Shown: positions 37,401 through 50,311 of the stretch, one piece after another
Layout of the letters: every line of letters begins with the position of its first letter
Position numbering within the stretch: position 1 is the first letter of the stretch
Source: Trichinella spiralis
Lineage: Eukaryota
NCBI RefSeq assembly: GCF_000181795.1
Contig: NW_003526948.1
Location: forward strand, 2,414,331-2,478,330
Direction: 5' to 3'
DNA length: 64,000 nucleotides
Translations under genes and position numbers: made by a program
Notes under the pieces: generated by a model
Databases searched by the model: none
Told to the model about the DNA's origin: nothing
Seen by the model: the letters and a program-made list of their open reading frames with translations, nothing else

Positions 37401-40400
37401 ACCGCCGGTGGTCAACTCTTCGGTCATCGGATTAGCATTAGCGGTGGTCATTGGACGACCGCCCAGCGAGGACGAAAGCTGATCATTTCCTTCATTCACT
37501 TTCGGATCAGTCTCCTTCTCTTCTCGACATTGCAACAAATCTGCCCCGACGGGACGTTCGATACCTGGAAAAGGAAATTTTTGATAATTAAAAAAATAAT
37601 AATAAATGCTTATATATATGTTGGTATGTATGTATGTATGTATGTATATATATGTAAGAGTGGAGAAAAACATTGCACTGCATAACAACAATAATAATGA
37701 TGATGATGATGATGATGATGATGCATCGTGCACAGAGTGCAAAATGCAATGAATAATATGAGAGAGCGAGCAAAGTGACCGTAGATAAATTGCGTGGGTG
37801 AACACAAATGACCGTTTGAGAATCACAAACCAGCCAACTGTAAGCAAGTAAGCAAACGCCCTGGACATGAGGACAAGCAACTGAGAGTGAGTGCAACTGA
37901 GGTCATGTCCTCTCTCTGTTCTAAGCAAAGCTGGCTAGCCAGTCGACCGGTTGGTCAATTGTCCTGCCCTGGATAACGAAACTGATGCAAATGAATGAGA
38001 ATATAAATGAATAAATAAATAAATAAATAAATGAATGAATGAATGAGTGAATAAATTTGATGACGACGGACAATCCTCCAGAAAAGCTTGACTCGTCGGC
38101 TAGTGGAGAAAATGGAAAAAAACAGGGTCGCGTGTGTCGATTTGTGAAAAACGGTCGCGCAGCCTTGACCGGTGTCAGTGTGCAATCCGTGGGTTTCGTT
38201 AGCCCAGTTGGTAGGGCTTAATTGCAATCAGCCCCAATTGACCATTTAAATGGAACAATTGACGATCGACCTGTGGGAAAGTTCAATTCGGGCCATGTGT
38301 GATGACAGCTAATTGGCCAAAGAAATCGTAGTCAACAGAATTCAGCAATCCGTAAAAAATGGTAGAAATAAATGAAAATCATTAAAAAGAAAAGAAAGGG
38401 TCTTTTGTCACAAGCCTCACCTTTCGCAGACATGGATGTTGAATGGATCTTTAAGTTGTTTTCCATACGCACACGCATATATATATATATGTATATATAT
38501 GTATATATTTAATAAGCTCAATAAAACAAAATGCTCGTAAACCGGAAACAACAAACGCTACAACCTGAACGATGGTCAACAAAGTTGTAGCACTGTATCG
38601 ACAAGAAGAAACAACAGCAGTTCGCGTTGGCCTCGACCTAGACCAGCTTCAAGGCAATGCTAACACTATCAAAATGCCGCACCTTGGAAAATTTCCACAG
38701 CTAATAATCATCATCAGCGTTCAGTTTGCAACAAAACAACAATCGAAACTTTCATACTACGAAACTTATTTAGTCATCCGACAGTTCCATTGATATTCAT
38801 ATATTCACAAAAGGAATATTATAATAATATGAACAATGTCTTCTTTTCTTTTCTTTTCTTTTTTTTTGAATAATACACAGCTAATTGCATTGCGTAGGTA
38901 AATAACAAACAACAAGCACTACCAGCAAGGAAGAAGAACAACAACCACAACAATCCATTGTAGCACTTTTATAACCATTGTTCATGAATGTAAAAGAGCC
39001 ATATTTTTAGCATAAATAACCAACAACACAAACAAAATCAACGCCCTGCTTGTCTAATTGAAATGCTAATACGTGTGTGATATGACACATGGTAAACGAA
39101 CAGTTTCTGATTTGATTTAATTTTACAAAAATGAAAAAGAAACGTCCCAATTTAGAAACAGAAAAAACATGCATATTTCAGCTTTACCAAAAGAAAATAA
39201 AGAAAACCTATACAATAAAAGCAATTACTACTGCTACTACTACTACTACTACTACGTAGCCGACGCATGATGATTGATTATGCAAAACACTGAAATAGTA
39301 TGTAAGAGTAAAAAAAAGTTACAACATATATAACAAACAACACACCACACACATACATATATACATACATACATACATACATACATACATGCATACATAC
39401 AGAGGTAGATATATTTTTTTTTGCATGCCTTTTTTTCACGTTTTGAATAAGTATGCCAAAGTTTGTGAAAAGAAAAATAATGCGTAGGAAAATATTTCAG
39501 TCATGATCAATAATAAATAAACAATGACGCTTTTCTCATTAGTCAACCGAAAATCAAAAAAAAAACGTATGCATTTCCTTTACAATTGTCGTGATACTTT
39601 TCCGTGCAAAAGATGCCTATCGATGAATGATGTGCATAATAAAAAATTGGTTTATGTAAAAAAACTAAAGGTCTCTTTTTGTTCAACGCCACAGATACCG
39701 TTGGCGGTGATTAGCAAGTGTATACAGCGCTTGTTTGTTCAGGAAACAAAAAAAGAAAGAAAAAAAACAGAAAAACAAGCTTCTCTTGTGGAAAGAAGCA
39801 GTTTGAGAAATGTTTTTTCTTTTTTTTTTGTAATTACAACTTGAGAACAGAAAATCGTGGGAATTTTCAATTGGACAAAACGGCAAAAATATCTATAGTC
39901 TGTCTGTCTGCCTGTACCGACTGACTGTACAACACAGTTTGACAACGACGTTTTGAAATGTGGTGAAAATTTCGCCCGTGGCCAAAGATGGTCGACAGAC
40001 AAGCAGAAAAGAAAAAAAAGGTTGCATAAATTATGTTGTTCTATTGGGAAATTGTGCGTACAGTTGGCTGAGATGAGAGCTCGATTTGATCGTGAATTAT
40101 TGCAATATGCCAAGGCGGACAGTGAAAGGTGGCAATCGATCGAAAATACGCTGAGGTCGGTCCGGTGGAGTCAAAAATGCAAAATTGAAATTGAAAGATC
40201 CATACACAGGTGGATGATAAAAACCTTGACGTGTCATAACTATATTCATCAAATAATTTTACTCGATGAACTAACTAATAACTCTCTTCCTCCTATATCT
40301 GTCAGCCGACTGTTTTCACTGAAATGTTTGGAATAATAAATCAGCTTAAATTTTCCAAATATACATACAAACAAGTACAATACGATCATGAGCGGATCAA

Positions 40401-42891
40401 ATTATTAAATGTTCCCATTATTCTACTTGAAAACTTCGACACGCTTCTCCAAAGAGATCAAATGAAAGTGTAACATATACATATCAGCAGTTTCATATTA
40501 TTGAATTTTAGCTTTTAGTTGTTATTGCTGAATTTGCAACTCAATTAACTGACACATGTACAGCTGATAATAATAATAACCGATTAAGCAAAAGATAAGA
40601 TAATCAATTTTTTTTTTCAAATTATTCACATATAAATAACTGAACATTTGTTAACAGCACGTGTCATCAGTTAGTTAGTTAGTTGGTTAATTAAAGGAAA
40701 GTAAAAGTAGTAGTAAATGAAGAATGAAATAATTTACCTCAGATTCATTTTTGTGCTTTTTGTTTGAATTGTTTTCAAATTCTGTGCATATTTAGCAAGT
40801 GTTTGCACTAGTTTTGCATCGCTGAATATTGTGTACACATTTCGATTACTAAATATGCAAATAAGCAAATTGATTTCACTCAACTCAATTGAGAAACAAA
40901 CATGAAGAAGAGCAAAACAAACAGCTGTGCAGAATGCAAACATTTACCCAAAATCTAAATACGAACTTTCGAAATATATATATATATATATACACATATG
41001 AACTGTGGAACATGTTTCCTCTATCATATCTGAAAATACACATGCTTGCAGCATTTTTTTCTACTTTCTTTCATTTATAATTCAAAAAAAACTAAATTGT
41101 CAAAATTCAATAATACAGATGTTAAAGTGAAGTTAAAATGTTAGCATTCTCTCTCTGTCCCTCTATTCGGCCATCACTCCACCACCAGTAGGCAAATAAT
41201 TACCGCTTGCAACATTTGCATTGTTTGCAAACTTTCTTTTTCTATACGTAAAAGCGTTGAAACATGCATGATTCAAATTATACTAGAAGAATATTTAAAG
41301 AAAATTCCCAGTAGTTTGTTCAGTTTTTAATGAATTTGAAAAAGACAACTGAGTAAAAAGCAGCCGTAAAGCATGCGAACAATGTTCCATTTTAAGATAA
41401 TGAAAAGTAATTAAAATGAAAATTTAATTTTATTATTATTTTGAAGACTTTAACTTTTATCAAATTAACATCTGCCAATGCCGCCTAGCATTGGACAATG
41501 AACGAGCTCATTTCCGTCATCACTTACTTATTTGAAAAAAAGAACTGAAGCTTTAACCCCCTCCCCTCCTCTCACTCCTCCCCCCATCCAAAAAAAATAA
41601 TAACAATAATAATAAAACTTGAAACTCTGCTTGAATAACCTATTCTGAAGTGACGCTTTTCAGATAAAACTGTTAGTCATTGTTCACGCATAAAATGACT
41701 GCAAGGTGTGAAGAGGAGACGTTTCACTCCGGGTCCGGTTTATAACCAACTTTATGAGCAATCCACTTCGCAAATACGCTCTGAGAGATCGAGGGCGAAA
41801 CATAAATAGTAATTTATTAACGACATGGAAGAGGTTTGAATACGTAACCGTCCTTTGTACAGCCTTGACATAAGAATAATATATCTCTGAAGGAACTGGT
41901 TCTCTACATGCCGGTATCCCTCCATTGTTATGTCAAGGTTGAACAGAAGATAATTACAACTTCTAGACTAGTTCTGTCAATTAATAAAAGCGCAAGCAAA
42001 GTGCAGCAAGCAAGCTAAAAACATTTTCCACCGGGTAAAGTTAGTTAGTTATTTGCTGCACCAGTGCTTTTCATCAAGTCACACTGGAAAAAGAAGCAAC
42101 AAGAATCAACAACGATACTATTAAAAATGGCAATGGTCGTAGCAGTAATGGTGTTCAGATGGACTGTGCTATGCAAATAGCTAGCTTTGTGACGATTTTA
42201 TAACTGTTAAACTATGTTTCAAACGATATGCATATTCATGCGAGTCAGATCAATCGATTTCAGTGCATCCATAGCTTGCTTGCTTATTCAGGTTCACAAG
42301 TCTAGCTGACTATCAAATCAACTTGATGACGTAAACTGATTTCGAAATAAATGATTACCACTAGTAGTTAGTTGCTAAGAAAATAAAAATAAGCTGCACA
42401 ACAGACATACCTACAGTAATTAAAGAAGCAAAAGTCAATTTAATTTTAACCAAATTTTCAATTGAAAATAATAATGATCCAACAACGATAATAATGTCGA
42501 GGAAGTCATTTTTTGACACGTCGAACAACGTTTCACAAGACAAGAAAATTACGCAGATAACAAAGATAAATTAATACAATCATCTGCTAAAGGCAGGCGT
42601 GTGAAAATGTTTTCAGTTCACTTAATTAATGACACACACGACCATTTCAAGGCTTTTCGCGTAATCTTACTGACATTTATCAAAATTTTCCTACATGCAA
42701 TAGACAATAATGGAGTTTATTTAAAAAATACATATATAATTTATTATAATAAATAAATGTGCAAGAGAAATTTTAATGTCCACCTGCTTGGTTGAGTCGA
42801 TGAAGACATGCTACAGACATACTGACTGACCTTCACTGAGTTGCGCTCTAATTTCTCATAATTAAAGTTTCCGACAGAGCAAACAGTGAAC

Positions 42892-42931
<40 letters not shown>

Positions 42932-45900
42932 CACACATGCACACACACACACAAACACACTATTGCTTTTGAAAAAGCACAAAATTAAATCCAGTTTTTC
43001 GACAACTGTTAGAAATGACCAAAAAGAAATGCTCTATTCGGATTGGTCTGACGGCAAACGTTGACACTAACAACTTGTCAACTTGATCAACACTACGATG
43101 ATGAGAATATATCGACCTGTGTATAAATTTACACAATTAATTATTCAACTGCAACCTTTTTTTTGTATGCTTAACTCTCCTGACAACCGATAAGCTTAAA
43201 TTGGATAAATTCATTTTCTGAAACAACTTTAACAACCAATTCCCTTTCTTCTCTACTTATTGTTATTACATGTGAAATTTGTGAAAAAAAAATTTTCAAC
43301 TTTGACATTTTTATACTTATAGTAGGATTGCTTGTTTCGACGCTTTTCAAAATTAATTTCGTTACAATTATCTCAAATGTAGAAAAATTACAATTACCTC
43401 TAAAACCAGATGTACAACAATACATTTTACACATTCACATCAGCATTCATTATAATTTTGCATTTAGGCGAAGGCACGTGCAAAAAAAAATACAACTCAT
43501 CCATCCATCTATCTCTCTATCTATCTCTATATCTATATCTATTTACATACATATTAAAAGAATAAAATTGATCACCAATAAATATTTTCTGTACTATTTA
43601 TTATGCAAAACTTTAAAATATTTCCTCTCGACTCTTTATCCGACTTGCATTTAATAAGCATATCGATCCAATATTTTTATTGCACTTCAGTCTTGGTTTA
43701 GGTTTATTTCTAAAAAAAAGTGCTAAACTTCCAACTTCAATACTTTTGAAATTATCCTGACGTTTCGCAACTACATACTCTATTGGTGAAATGGCTTTGT
43801 CAATGTCTAGTAAAGCGGCGTGACAAAGCTGCTTGAAAAAAGTCACCATCTGTGAGCAGCATATTTCACAAAACGCACATCACATACATACATAATTAAT
43901 AAATGATACAAAACAATGCTTCGCTGAGTTGTAAAATATCACACAACTTTTCAGTATTAGATATTTTCTTTTGATTAAAAAATTGAATGCATGTGCACAG
44001 CTAAGTTTTAGCTAAGCAAAAAAAACTCATAAAATAATTATCTGAGTAACAATGTTTGTTTCCCATTGTCATGTGCGCATCTGCTGGACCTTAATCTTCG
44101 AATGCTACTACTGCAACTGCAAAAATTATGCTCGAAGTTAATTACGTTTGTATCGGAGCATCTGTGTTGAAAATGCGCTTATACAGGAAGATAATAGAAA
44201 AGCGTAAGCGGTCACGTACATTGACAGCTGGTTCGTTTCCAAGTAAAAGAATCCAAGCTGGATTTCGTGAACGCTGGCACTTCTAAAAACCGTAGGTGGT
44301 GTAAAACCTGTCTGAGAAACGATAAGAAATAACGAACAGTAAATGCTTTCTTAATGTTGCTGATCGACCACCAAGCCCAGAGGTGGTATAGCGCTAGGAA
44401 TAGTACGGTAATTGAAGAACCTGAGAACCAATAGAAATACAGTAAATACAACACGTGACTAGCTTTGTCTGTCGGACCGATTAGAAAATGCCCCAATGTC
44501 GATTTGAATGCAAAGAGTGCATGTATTTTTATCCACTGCATAATTTTCTGAGAAATAAGTAAATAAACAATGACGTAAGGGTGATGATGATTATTGTTGT
44601 TTGGCCCGAACAAGTTTGGCTTTACTGGAAAAAAAAAGAAGTATAATTAGGAAAAGCTGAAGTTGTGACATGTTCCTTGATGTCTCCACCTGATTGAGAC
44701 TGACTAGTTCAGATCAATAAAGCGGCAATAGACAAAATAGCAATAAGAAGTAAGAAGTCTGCAAGACCGCGCGGCCTGTGCCAAAAATTACCAAAACTTT
44801 CATTAAAATGCCAGCTAGTCAACCATTATTGCTGCAAAGCGCTATTATTAATTTTCTAGAAAACACATCAAGGCCAAACTTTATGAGAGCGTTCCATCCA
44901 ACACGACACAGATTTTCAGACCGGTGAGAGAATGAAAATATGCTCGTCATCAGCAACTGAATCCATTGTTCGTAAAGAGAATCGGTCGCTTCAAGGTGAA
45001 TGAGTGATCTACATGTGAAAGACTGCAGTTATTGTCACTAGTTAACCAGAGACAGTGTGGAGAACAAAGGGCGAGAAAATGGTGGGTCGGTTGTTTACCA
45101 GCCACGCTTTTGGAATTATACACGCTAACAAAGCGGAAAACAACGGACCCACGATGACCCGAGTAAATAACTCATCAACAACAAGCTGAACTTGACAATG
45201 GAAAATGGCGACCTCGTGGCCGAATGAGATTAGTTTAGCTGAAACTGCTATATGCACATATGCTGCTTAAGCTGTTGTCAATTTAATAAAAGATCAACTC
45301 AGGAATGTGCCAAATAATACAGTTCAGGTTCAATTCAGGACAACTGACCCGCAATAGTTCAGCACAACAATGTTTCTGCTGAATTTGCTGGTGAAGTGGC
45401 AGAAAAATGGATCACTTAATCAGCGCCTATTGACATGAAGAAGCAAATGGAAAGAAAAAAAATTCCTATCAAAAAATATACCAAAATAAACTATAAAACA
45501 ATACAGAAATACAGTGAATCAAATTCACACAATACAATAGAATATAAAAGGCAAATTGAAAATTTATTTGAGTATAATTTGAGTAGGAAATCAAAAAGAT
45601 ATTTAAATTGTTTAATAAAATTACTGTACATTAAAAGTTTATAGTATAATGTGCACAGAAAATACAGTTTTAATAAAAAAATTTCAAATCATTCCCCACT
45701 TATGCTCATCTTCAGTTGGAAAATAATATTATTTTTAAAATTCTCAAAATAACCCGAAAAAAGAGACAGTTACACACAATTGAGATAAATTACTACTACA
45801 AAGTGCAATTTGAATAGATATGCAAAACTTAATCAACCTAAATTAGAAATATGCATAAAATGTTCCACATATTATATGTTAATAAGGAAAAAAAACAACA

Positions 45901-48900
45901 AAAATGGATGTTCAAAATTGCGTTTGGTGAAACTTTTTCCAAAAGAGAAACAACAAACATCATGTTTTTCGCCTGTTTCGAAAATAGCTCATGATATTAT
46001 CACGCACTCGAAAATCATTAATCGAATAATTAAAAAAAATAAATGTGCTAATAACAAATTCTACAAATGAGGAAATGGAGAAATGAATTTCTTTTCAAAT
46101 CAAACGCGTCCTTCCACATTGGAAAGGTCACACATATCACCACGGTCAAACATAATGAAAGCTACTTCAAATATGCATGTATAATTTTTACTGTAATATA
46201 TTTCTTTTTTTTTCTTTTAAAGTGACAATTATTGTCAACCGCAAAAAACCCATTTCCCATGTGTACCCTTTTACAAATATAACTGAAGATAATTATAATT
46301 TCAGTTCAAGGAACCGCACCAGAATTCTTTCCTCTTGGTGAATATGGACATTTTATAGACTCGACAAAAAAAAAGAAAAGAAAAGAATGCCATTAATGAT
46401 GAATCAATAAAACTAAATCATGCCCAATTATATTAAGTACAGTTGAGGAGAATTTCGAGTAGAATATTTGAAAGTTTCTATTATATTGGAAAATTAATAA
46501 TAATTTTATCAAGTGGAAAATTTGAAATGAAGAAATTGTTGAGAAAATAAAACAAGAAAGTGTGTGTGTGCGAGCGATGTTTAAACAGAGAAAGCAATTA
46601 GTAGTAAAAATGAGAATGAAATGCTTAGTTGAGATGAATAATTTTATCAACAACCAGTTTTGCATAATAATATAAACGTATGCAAAACATAAAAGACCAG
46701 TCTGTAAAAGCAGTGAATCGCTTCAGCCAGTTTCAATTTGCAAAGTAAACTAGCTGAATCGGAAGTGGCTAGTGAATTTCTTCTTAGCTCAATAAGCAAA
46801 ACCCGCTGGTTGACTGACTGACTGACTGACTTAACTAATTTTTCCAATTCATAAGCATACACATCTTTCTTACAAATATACACACTTCAGTAATTATTGC
46901 AAATGTAAATTTTTTTACTTTCATTATCCATAATACAATAAATAAAACAAATCGAATGCAATCTCAAAAGTACTAGTAGTAGTATATATATACTGCTATT
47001 TTATCTATTTATTATTATTTTTTTTTCAAAACCCCTTCCTTGCCTTGTATCCTTTATGTAAAATGCATATTAAATATCATAATTTAATAAATTTCTGAAT
47101 TATAAATGTAAAAGAAAAAGCGTAAATTTCAAACAAAATGGGCCAAAGAAAAAGTTGCCCAAATTGTTTAATTAATAGAAAGGACTGGAAACTGAAAATG
47201 TCGATTGCAAGTCAATGCATATAGATAGATAGATAGATAGATCTGAGGACTGTATGTTAATTTGTTGGAACTTTCGCAGAAGCTGGAAAACACTATATTA
47301 TTAATGACAATTCTAGTTTCACAGCAGATGGATGATTTTCCACGACAGACTGATGATGATTATTTAATTTTACTACATGACGAGGAAGAAAAGCCACAAT
47401 TACAACAAAACAACAGCATGGCTTTTTATACTTTGCTGAATAATAATGATCAGTGCTTGTTGATTGATTCAAGTAGGGCTCAAGCAATTTTATTACATTA
47501 CGACGTAAAAACTGTCAAAAAACTTTCAACTAGCATCATAATATTTTAACTTGATTGGTGAATAATGACAGTAAAAAATAAAAATAAGAAAGAAAATTTC
47601 CAATTCGAACTCTCAATTTGAAAAAAAAAATGTCTGCAAAGCTTGGGATTAAAAAAGAATTAATATCCTGCTATTCACAATAGGAAATATGACTAATTGA
47701 ACGTGATTGATTGTATCAGCAATCAGCTGTAGAACAATCAAGAGAATTTGCATAAATAGCTATTGTGCAAATAATTGTTCTAAATATGCCTCCGGTAATT
47801 TTCAATCTTCCTCATGCAGTTTTTATAGTTTTCCACTTTTGGCTACCCATTGTCAAGTGAACAGTGATGCATTGTTGTGAAATTGAGTTTGAACAAGAAA
47901 TTCACAAAAGAACAAACATTCTTAATTAACATCCAATAACTACTACCCTATATTTGGACGGAAGAATAACGCGGAATAATGTTTTCACTTTTCACATATT
48001 TCACAAGCATAACTGCTGACAAATTATCATACAAAATTCAATCACATTTCAATTTATCTCGAATACCATTATTTAAAAAAATGTAACAGAAATGACTCTG
48101 TACAAAAATTTTCAATTAATTAATAAATATTAAAGCATCTATTTTACAAGCAAAATGAGAACCACAGGCACGTTAATTAAATTTACAACAACAGGTCGTT
48201 TGTCAAAGAATGATGAAGAAGAAGAAGAAGACATCATTTTGGATAGCCGTTTTATTGAAATACACTCGAGGCAGAGTGAGATTAGAAATGGGCCATTGAA
48301 TTTTATTCCGGCTCGTTGATAATTTTTCCAAAGAGCACATTAAAAGTCGTAGTAAAAGTCAAATGGCAAAGCTAAATGTCACAATGACCTACCGATAAAC
48401 GAACAACGTATCAAAATTAGCCTGTCCTTTTACTGCAAGGTAAGATGCTAAAATTCAGAATACCGAATCGACAATCATTTCAAGCAGACCCAATTTTATA
48501 AAGTTGTGATCATATTTGGAAAAATTCCTCTCTTCTGATTCAATCATCATCTGTAGCTGGAATTTATTGCCACCATTATTGTTATTATTATAATTATCAA
48601 TATGAAGCAAATAGTAGAAATTGTAGGAATGTTTGGTTCACTAATGAAAAAAGTTGCACGTAAAAGTGGAAAAAATTATTCAAAACATTTCTATAAGATT
48701 ACAAAAGAAAATAATGCTGCACAATCTGTATAATAGATGTAAATCGCTGAACACTGTTTCATCATATTCCTGATCTCATTTTAGCAAACTCATTCAGTGT
48801 AGCAGCATTCATTATTGAAACAATTTGTATTTTTTATCTTTTCAATCGAATAGTTCGTATACTTTTTTTGACGTGTACTGTAATGTTTACTGTGTGTTTT

Positions 48901-49777
48901 TTTTGCAGAATTTTACATCTTAAAAACTGCATCTGTGCAATGAATGATGTTGAACTTACTCAAAAAAAAGAAATGACCACAAGAAACCATAAAGAAGCAT
49001 AATAATATACCGTTGCTAAGATTCAAAGCAGCATCATCTGTTTTGTATAGCATGAGAAATTTTTACAAGACATATTTAAAAAAAAGCAAGTATCGTCCTT
49101 TTTTAGCTGTACAAGAATAGTTAATTTTTGAAACCAGTTTAAAGCTTACTACAGAATGAAAACACTGCAACTGTCCGTCCTATCCTATCGTTCATTGTTT
49201 TGCCATCATTCTGCCATTTTCTCATCTCAAACGTAATTATTCTGTCCTATTCAGAACCAACTCTACATTCAATACTATTCAGATAGATTGCACCACCCTT
49301 TGTGGAAGAAAGCTTATTTCACTGTTCAGCAACGTATTGTTGTCATGATTGGAATCTCTTTTTGTTTTAGTGCTCAAATAAAATTATAATATGCAGTCCT
49401 TTATGAAGTGATGCAAATTTGGTGAATAAAAACGAATAGAAAAATTAATCAGACTTTCTTACCATATTCTAAAATCGACGACATCAACACTGATGAATTG
49501 TTACCGTTCCATTGTCGTTCTTCAACCCAATCGGGAAGCAAAAATTCATCTTGGCCAGCTGGATCAGCGCCAGAAAATCCAGCGTTCATCTCCATACTGA
49601 CTAACACTTCGTTGACCGCTTCAGTATGATTCAAAGATAGGAGATGGGCTAAAATGAAAAAAAAAAACGAAAAACTTTATTTCATAAAATAATAAAATTA
49701 AATTATTATATGTTATATATATATATAAGCATATATATATATATAAGCATATATATATATGTTATATATATATATAA

Positions 49778-49813
<36 letters not shown>

Positions 49814-50276
49814 CATATATATATATATATTTGGCTTTTGTTTAACAGATGTTCAGCTGCTTTATTGTTCAACAACAAGATGATATTAATAGTGAAATAA
49901 AGTTGTGAAAATTAACTGTGAATTATCATTCGCACTGTGAAATGAAATTTACTTGTCAATACGTTTCACTCTAATAAATTTATGAAATACACAAAATATT
50001 TGGACAATTGTTCACACAAATTACAAAAAACTTAAAACAATATTAAAATTACGTTTTCTGAAAAACGACTACCATTTCTTTACAATTCATTGCTGCAATA
50101 AATAGCAAATTGCACTCTATACTTTTCTCTGTGCTTAAGATATGCATTAAATTGAATTTAACTTTTAATAATAATATTTTTATTATAATTATTATTTTAC
50201 ACGTTTGTTAAATTGTTTTACTGAAACTGGTCGATAAATATGATTTTCTGTCCATTTCTAATATTTCATACAGGGT

Positions 50277-50311
<35 letters not shown>

